Part shown: positions 60,172 through 64,000 of the stretch, piece by piece
How positions within the stretch are numbered: the stretch's first letter is position 1
Layout of the letters: each line of letters starts with the position of its first letter
NCBI GenBank assembly: GCA_965248265.1
Contig: CBDFJF010000001.1
Location: forward strand, 1,152,001-1,216,000
Direction: 5' to 3'
Length of the DNA: 64,000 nucleotides
Source: Candidatus Latescibacterota bacterium
Lineage (GTDB): Bacteria; Latescibacterota; UBA2968; UBA8231
Position numbers and translations under genes: made by a program
Notes under the pieces: generated by a model
Databases searched by the model: none
The model's input: the letters and a program-made list of their open reading frames with translations, nothing else
Told to the model about the DNA's origin: nothing

Positions 60172-60816
60172 TCAGGAGAAGCATGGATACTCCTCTGGCA
60201 TCAGTATGCCATCGTCCCCGCCTATCATCTCTCCGGCCCCAAGCAGAAACCACATGCCCGCGAGTGCGGCACTGGCCGCGTCTAGTTCGTGAGCACTGGC
60301 AGATCTCGTCAGCCCGCGAAGGCCCAGACGCCGCAGACCGCGCAGCAACCCGGCCAGGTCGTGGTGCTGCCGTGGAATCCCCCACGTATCCTGGGCGGCC
60401 CCGGGATAGCATTCGACCGCGACATGACCGAGCGACTCCATCTGTTTTTTCAGGTTCAGCCCGCGCTCGGTCAACATCCGCATCGGCCCTAACGTGATCG
60501 GAAAGAAGCGGATGCCGCGCTGTTGCAGCACGCGATCGCATGGCCTCAAATGCTCGCCGCTCCGATCGTGAATGGACCGGCGGCCGGGCGGCAGACTCAA
60601 CGGTGCATCGATCGGAATCAAATCGGCGTCGCAATCACGCACCCAACCCATCAGCTCATCATCGCTGAATGCCAGGTGCGTCTGGGCCTGGTCTCCGGCC
60701 AGAATACACACTCCGGTGGGTCGGCGCGGCGATCCGGCCAGGTCGATCCCCAGCACTACCAGCTCAGTGTTTGAGATACAGGTGGCCCTTGCTCTCTGCT
60801 GGTCTCTCCCCGTCAC
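60172..60816 (-). CDS. DUF429 family (RNase H-like) protein
   Basis: GIDLAG, IDAPLS, RPCD, ECYP, HELDA; true start may be downstream. Confidence 0.8.
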   Translation of the reverse strand: MTGRDQQRARATCISNTELVVLGIDLAGSPRRPTGVCILAGDQAQTHLAFSDDELMGWVRDCDADLIPIDAPLSLPPGRRSIHDRSGEHLRPCDRVLQQRGIRFFPITLGPMRMLTERGLNLKKQMESLGHVAVECYPGAAQDTWGIPRQHHDLAGLLRGLRRLGLRGLTRSASAHELDAASAALAGMWFLLGAGEMIGGDDGILMPEEYPCFS

Positions 60817-60852
60817 CAGCGGATATTTTCCTGCACCGGGTTGTGCCAGACC

Positions 60853-61257
60853 CTATTCAATGGTGAATCTCAACTTTCGAGCGGGTTTTTCGTGCAAATG
60901 CCCATGCCCGGGAACGGCGATGCCGACTCGGACGGATGGACCATCGCCCTTGGGGAAGATCTGGTGGAAGGTGAGGGCCGGCACGAAGACGAAGTCCCCC
61001 GCCTTGGCCTCGACCGGTCGATCTTCGCGGCCTTCGATCACCCAGTCGATCTTCCCTTCCATGACGACCCACCACTCGTCGTAGGTATGGCAGTGTCGAT
61101 CGTTCTCCTGGCCGGCATCCTGGTGAATGACGACAGCTCTGAGGTTGTCCGTCAACACAACAGAATGACTCCACGGAGGGAGTCCCATCTCCGCTTTTAT
61201 TTTTTCGAGACTGATATTGTTGAGGGTGGCGCTCAGAATTGGGTCTGCAAGAGACAT
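60853..61257 (-). CDS. Cupin domain protein
   Basis: HCHTYDEWW and GDFVFVP...H motifs. Confidence 0.85.
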   Translation of the reverse strand: MSLADPILSATLNNISLEKIKAEMGLPPWSHSVVLTDNLRAVVIHQDAGQENDRHCHTYDEWWVVMEGKIDWVIEGREDRPVEAKAGDFVFVPALTFHQIFPKGDGPSVRVGIAVPGHGHLHEKPARKLRFTIE

Positions 61258-61269
61258 TCGGATCTCCTT

Positions 61270-62319
61270 TTACGATACATGGGGTACAGCGACACCCAGT
61301 TGATTGGCCAGCTGCGTCAATTCCAACCACAGTGAATCCGGCAGATCGATTCCCTCCACCAGACGACGCTGCCGCGTTTCCTCTTCGATTTCGCCAGGGC
61401 AGTAGACTCTGTTGACGCCGGGCAAAGGCCGGGCAGAACTGACCCACGCGGCCAGGTCTTCAACCTCGCTCTCGTAGGTCTCCAGATCGGTGAACGCGCT
61501 GATGTCGATGGCCAGCACCATGACGCCGCCACCCCTATCCCCGCCAGCATTGGTGCATCCAGCCCCGGACAGCGGTCCCACCATCATCTCCACCATCATC
61601 GCCAGGCCGAAACCCTTATGACCGAACTGAGCGCCGCCAAGTGGCGGTATCGCGGTCTCATCCGCATCGTGGTACCGGTTCGGGTCGGTGACATCGGCAC
61701 CCTCATGGTCAATCAACCAGCCGCCCGGCAGCGCTTCGTCGCGGGCGATCTTCTGTTCGATCTTGCCGCCGGCCACCGTGCTCATGGTCATGTCCAGCAT
61801 GAAGGGGGGAAGGCCATTTCGCCGTGGCGCTGAGAACGCGATGGGCTCGGGTCGCAGCCGGCGATCGGCGCTGCCGTGCGGCGGCAGAAATATCCCGCCC
61901 CCATTGTGCCAGACCATGCCGAGCATGCCTTGTACAGCAATCAGCGGCGGAAAAGCGCCGAGACGACCGATATGCCCGACGTTGCGCAGGCAAACGCACC
62001 CGAACGTCGCCTCCCGTGCCTTGTCGACGACAATCTCCACCGCCTTCGTCAACGCGATGATGCCGTGGGCGCCCTTGCCGTCGATGATCGTCATGCAAGG
62101 GTTGTCACGCACGACCTCACGCTCTTCCCAACGCACGTAGTTATTGATCATGTCGTCGGCGAGGCGGGCCAGGAAGAAAACACCATGCGAATCGTGACCA
62201 CTCAGGTGACTGTCGACGTAGTGATCACCGATAGTCAGGGCATCTTCGGCAGGGATTCCGGTTGCGGCGGCAACATCGCAGGTGAATCGGCGCAGTATTG
62301 GTTCGGAGACGGTAGGCAT
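61270..62319 (-). CDS. Ldh_2 family (malate/L-lactate dehydrogenase type 2) oxidoreductase
   Basis: GHDSHG, HIGRLG, LDM, GHKGFGL, PGE. Confidence 0.9.
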   Translation of the reverse strand: MPTVSEPILRRFTCDVAAATGIPAEDALTIGDHYVDSHLSGHDSHGVFFLARLADDMINNYVRWEEREVVRDNPCMTIIDGKGAHGIIALTKAVEIVVDKAREATFGCVCLRNVGHIGRLGAFPPLIAVQGMLGMVWHNGGGIFLPPHGSADRRLRPEPIAFSAPRRNGLPPFMLDMTMSTVAGGKIEQKIARDEALPGGWLIDHEGADVTDPNRYHDADETAIPPLGGAQFGHKGFGLAMMVEMMVGPLSGAGCTNAGGDRGGGVMVLAIDISAFTDLETYESEVEDLAAWVSSARPLPGVNRVYCPGEIEEETRQRRLVEGIDLPDSLWLELTQLANQLGVAVPHVS

Positions 62320-62440
62320 GCTGTCCCTATCTGGATTCGGCGCGTTTTGCTGCACGGGTCGACTACAATGCGCGCCCCAAATTAGACAACACCTGTTCGG
62401 ACCTCAAACCTGCGCGCAGACACCATCCCTCTGAGTGCAT

Positions 62441-62490
62441 GTTTCCCCCGAGGAATATCCGTTGACTCAGACGAATATTCTTAATACCCT
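62441..62490 (+). promoter_or_regulatory. Putative promoter/operator of the XRE-cupin regulator operon
   Basis: TTGACT-N17-TACCCT preceded by the imperfect palindrome TTTCC-N6-GGAAT. Confidence 0.35.
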
Positions 62491-62496
62491 CTATAT

Positions 62497-63132
62497 ATGG
62501 TAACGACCACGAAATTGGGCCTGCCGCCGGAGATCGATCCGGCGACTGAGGGCGCCCCGGAGAATGAGCTGGAGATCGCTATCGGCCGGCAGATGCGGAC
62601 CTTTCGCACGCAGTTGGACATGACAGTTACGGAACTCGCCAAACAGGCCGATCTGTCACCCGGCATGTTGTCGAAGATCGAGAACGGTTTGACTTCACCG
62701 TCACTGGCCACGCTCAAGTCGCTGTCGCGGGCACTCAACGTTCCGGTGACCGCGTTCTTTCGCAAGTACGAGGAGGAGCGCGACGTTTCCTTCGTCCGCA
62801 ATGGAGAAGGGTTGACCATCGAGCGCCGTGGCACCCGCGCGGGGCACCAGTATCAGCTGCTCGGGCACACGGTGAGCCGAAACGTGTTCGTCGAACCCTA
62901 TCTGATCTCGCTCACCGAGCAGTCGGATGTGTTCCCGCTTTTTCAGCACACCGGAGTGGAGTTCATCTATATGATAGAAGGCCGCGTCACCTACCGGCAC
63001 GGCAACAGCACCTACAAAATGGAACCGGGTGATTCACTGTTCTTCGATTCAGACGCTCCACACGGTCCCGAAGAACTCATCGAATTGCCCATCCGTTTTC
63101 TTTCCGTCATCATCGAACCTCGCGTCAACTAG
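62497..63132 (+). CDS. XRE family transcriptional regulator with cupin sensor
   Basis: HTH LSPGMLSKIENGLTSPSL; cupin FQHTGVEF...GDSLFFDSDAPHGP. Confidence 0.92.
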   Translation: MVTTTKLGLPPEIDPATEGAPENELEIAIGRQMRTFRTQLDMTVTELAKQADLSPGMLSKIENGLTSPSLATLKSLSRALNVPVTAFFRKYEEERDVSFVRNGEGLTIERRGTRAGHQYQLLGHTVSRNVFVEPYLISLTEQSDVFPLFQHTGVEFIYMIEGRVTYRHGNSTYKMEPGDSLFFDSDAPHGPEELIELPIRFLSVIIEPRVN

Positions 63133-63150
63133 AGTACTGAGAGCTGACCT

Positions 63151-64000
63151 ATGTGTGGGATAGCAGGAATCATGTTCAAGGGTGAGATCCCGTCCGATCT
63201 GAGCACCGGCCGGGCATTGGTCCAGATGCTGGACGGGTGCCAGCATCGCGGTCCTGACTCCACCGGGTTCGCCCTCTATTCCCCCGCCACCGACGGTGAG
63301 CTGCGACTGCGTTTCTTCGTCGGTGAGGGGAAGGAGGCGCAGGATGCCATCGACCGATTGGCCGGGGTATTCGACGAACACGGTGCCGCCGTTGTCGACG
63401 GTGACACCGTCGGCCACAACTACCGCGTCACCGTCAAATTCGACGGCGATCTGCAGCGCTTCGCCTATGCCGTCGAGCACGCCGCTAAGGTCGTCTCCAT
63501 CGGCTCGAGCCTGGAGATCGTCAAGGACGTGGGCAGCGCCCACGACGTCGACGAGCGCTACGACGTCGGTACCTTCGAGGGCAGCCACGGGCTCGGACAC
63601 GTGCGGCTGGCGACCGAGTCGGACGTCAAACCGGAGGCATCCCATCCGTTCTGGGCCACCGGCTTCGCCGACATCGCCATCGTCCACAATGGCCAGATCA
63701 CCAACTACTGGAAGATGCGCCGGCGCCTGGAACAGCGTGATTTCGAGTTCACGACTGACAACGACAGTGAGCTGATCGCCGTCTACCTGGCCGACAAGCT
63801 GTCCCAGGGCATCACCCTGGAAGAGGCCCTGCGCACCTCCATCGACGACCTGGACGGTACGTTCTCTTTTCTGGTCTCGACGGGAAACGAGATCGGTTAC
63901 GCCAAGGACCGGTTGGCGGCCAAACCGATGATCCTATACGAGAACGATGACCTGATCGCCGTCGCCTCGGAAGAGGTTTCCCTCAACCGACTGTTTCCCG
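63151..64000 (+). CDS. Class II glutamine amidotransferase (GlxB/N-methylglutamate synthase subunit A-like), 3' end outside window
   Basis: Manual translation MCGIAG...QHRGPDSTG...GHVRLATES...HPF...HNGQITNY...DSE. Confidence 0.88.
   Translation, partial: MCGIAGIMFKGEIPSDLSTGRALVQMLDGCQHRGPDSTGFALYSPATDGELRLRFFVGEGKEAQDAIDRLAGVFDEHGAAVVDGDTVGHNYRVTVKFDGDLQRFAYAVEHAAKVVSIGSSLEIVKDVGSAHDVDERYDVGTFEGSHGLGHVRLATESDVKPEASHPFWATGFADIAIVHNGQITNYWKMRRRLEQRDFEFTTDNDSELIAVYLADKLSQGITLEEALRTSIDDLDGTFSFLVSTGNEIGYAKDRLAAKPMILYENDDLIAVASEEVSLNRLFP

Noticed and set aside
59950-60185. Possible frameshifted small membrane protein downstream of the DUF429 gene
   Set aside because: Hydrophobic stretches lie in two frames with no recognisable family; evidence is too weak

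Overview
GC-rich bacterial chromosomal window of about 45 genes. It is probably from a diderm heterotroph of the Latescibacterota/Poribacteria/FCB-like type; this is an inference from the C-terminal WGxxK motifs and the gene content. Housekeeping genes include pepF, prs, lysS, class I fumarase and an FKBP, alongside many orphan catabolic enzymes. The most notable elements are: (i) a 15.5-kb, seven-gene minus-strand export operon combining TolC, MFP and two RND subunits with ABC parts, including an RND permease fused to an ABC ATPase whose NBD is interrupted by membrane helices; (ii) four unrelated secreted proteins sharing a short C-terminal T-x-[VI]-x3-[ST]-W-G-x-[VL]-K motif, a candidate sorting signal; (iii) an AT-rich back-to-back sigma70 promoter pair, one driving a ~45-nt terminator-ended transcript and the other a two-gene DUF6178-like/HTH unit; (iv) four phased CRP-type boxes upstream of a double-receiver regulator; (v) an archaeal-style AglB/STT3 oligosaccharyltransferase with a PWDFG motif; (vi) a structured RNA candidate upstream of lysS; and (vii) several gene remnants left by deletions. 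I found no tRNA, rRNA, CRISPR array or transposase. All family assignments come from motif recognition by eye, not database searches.
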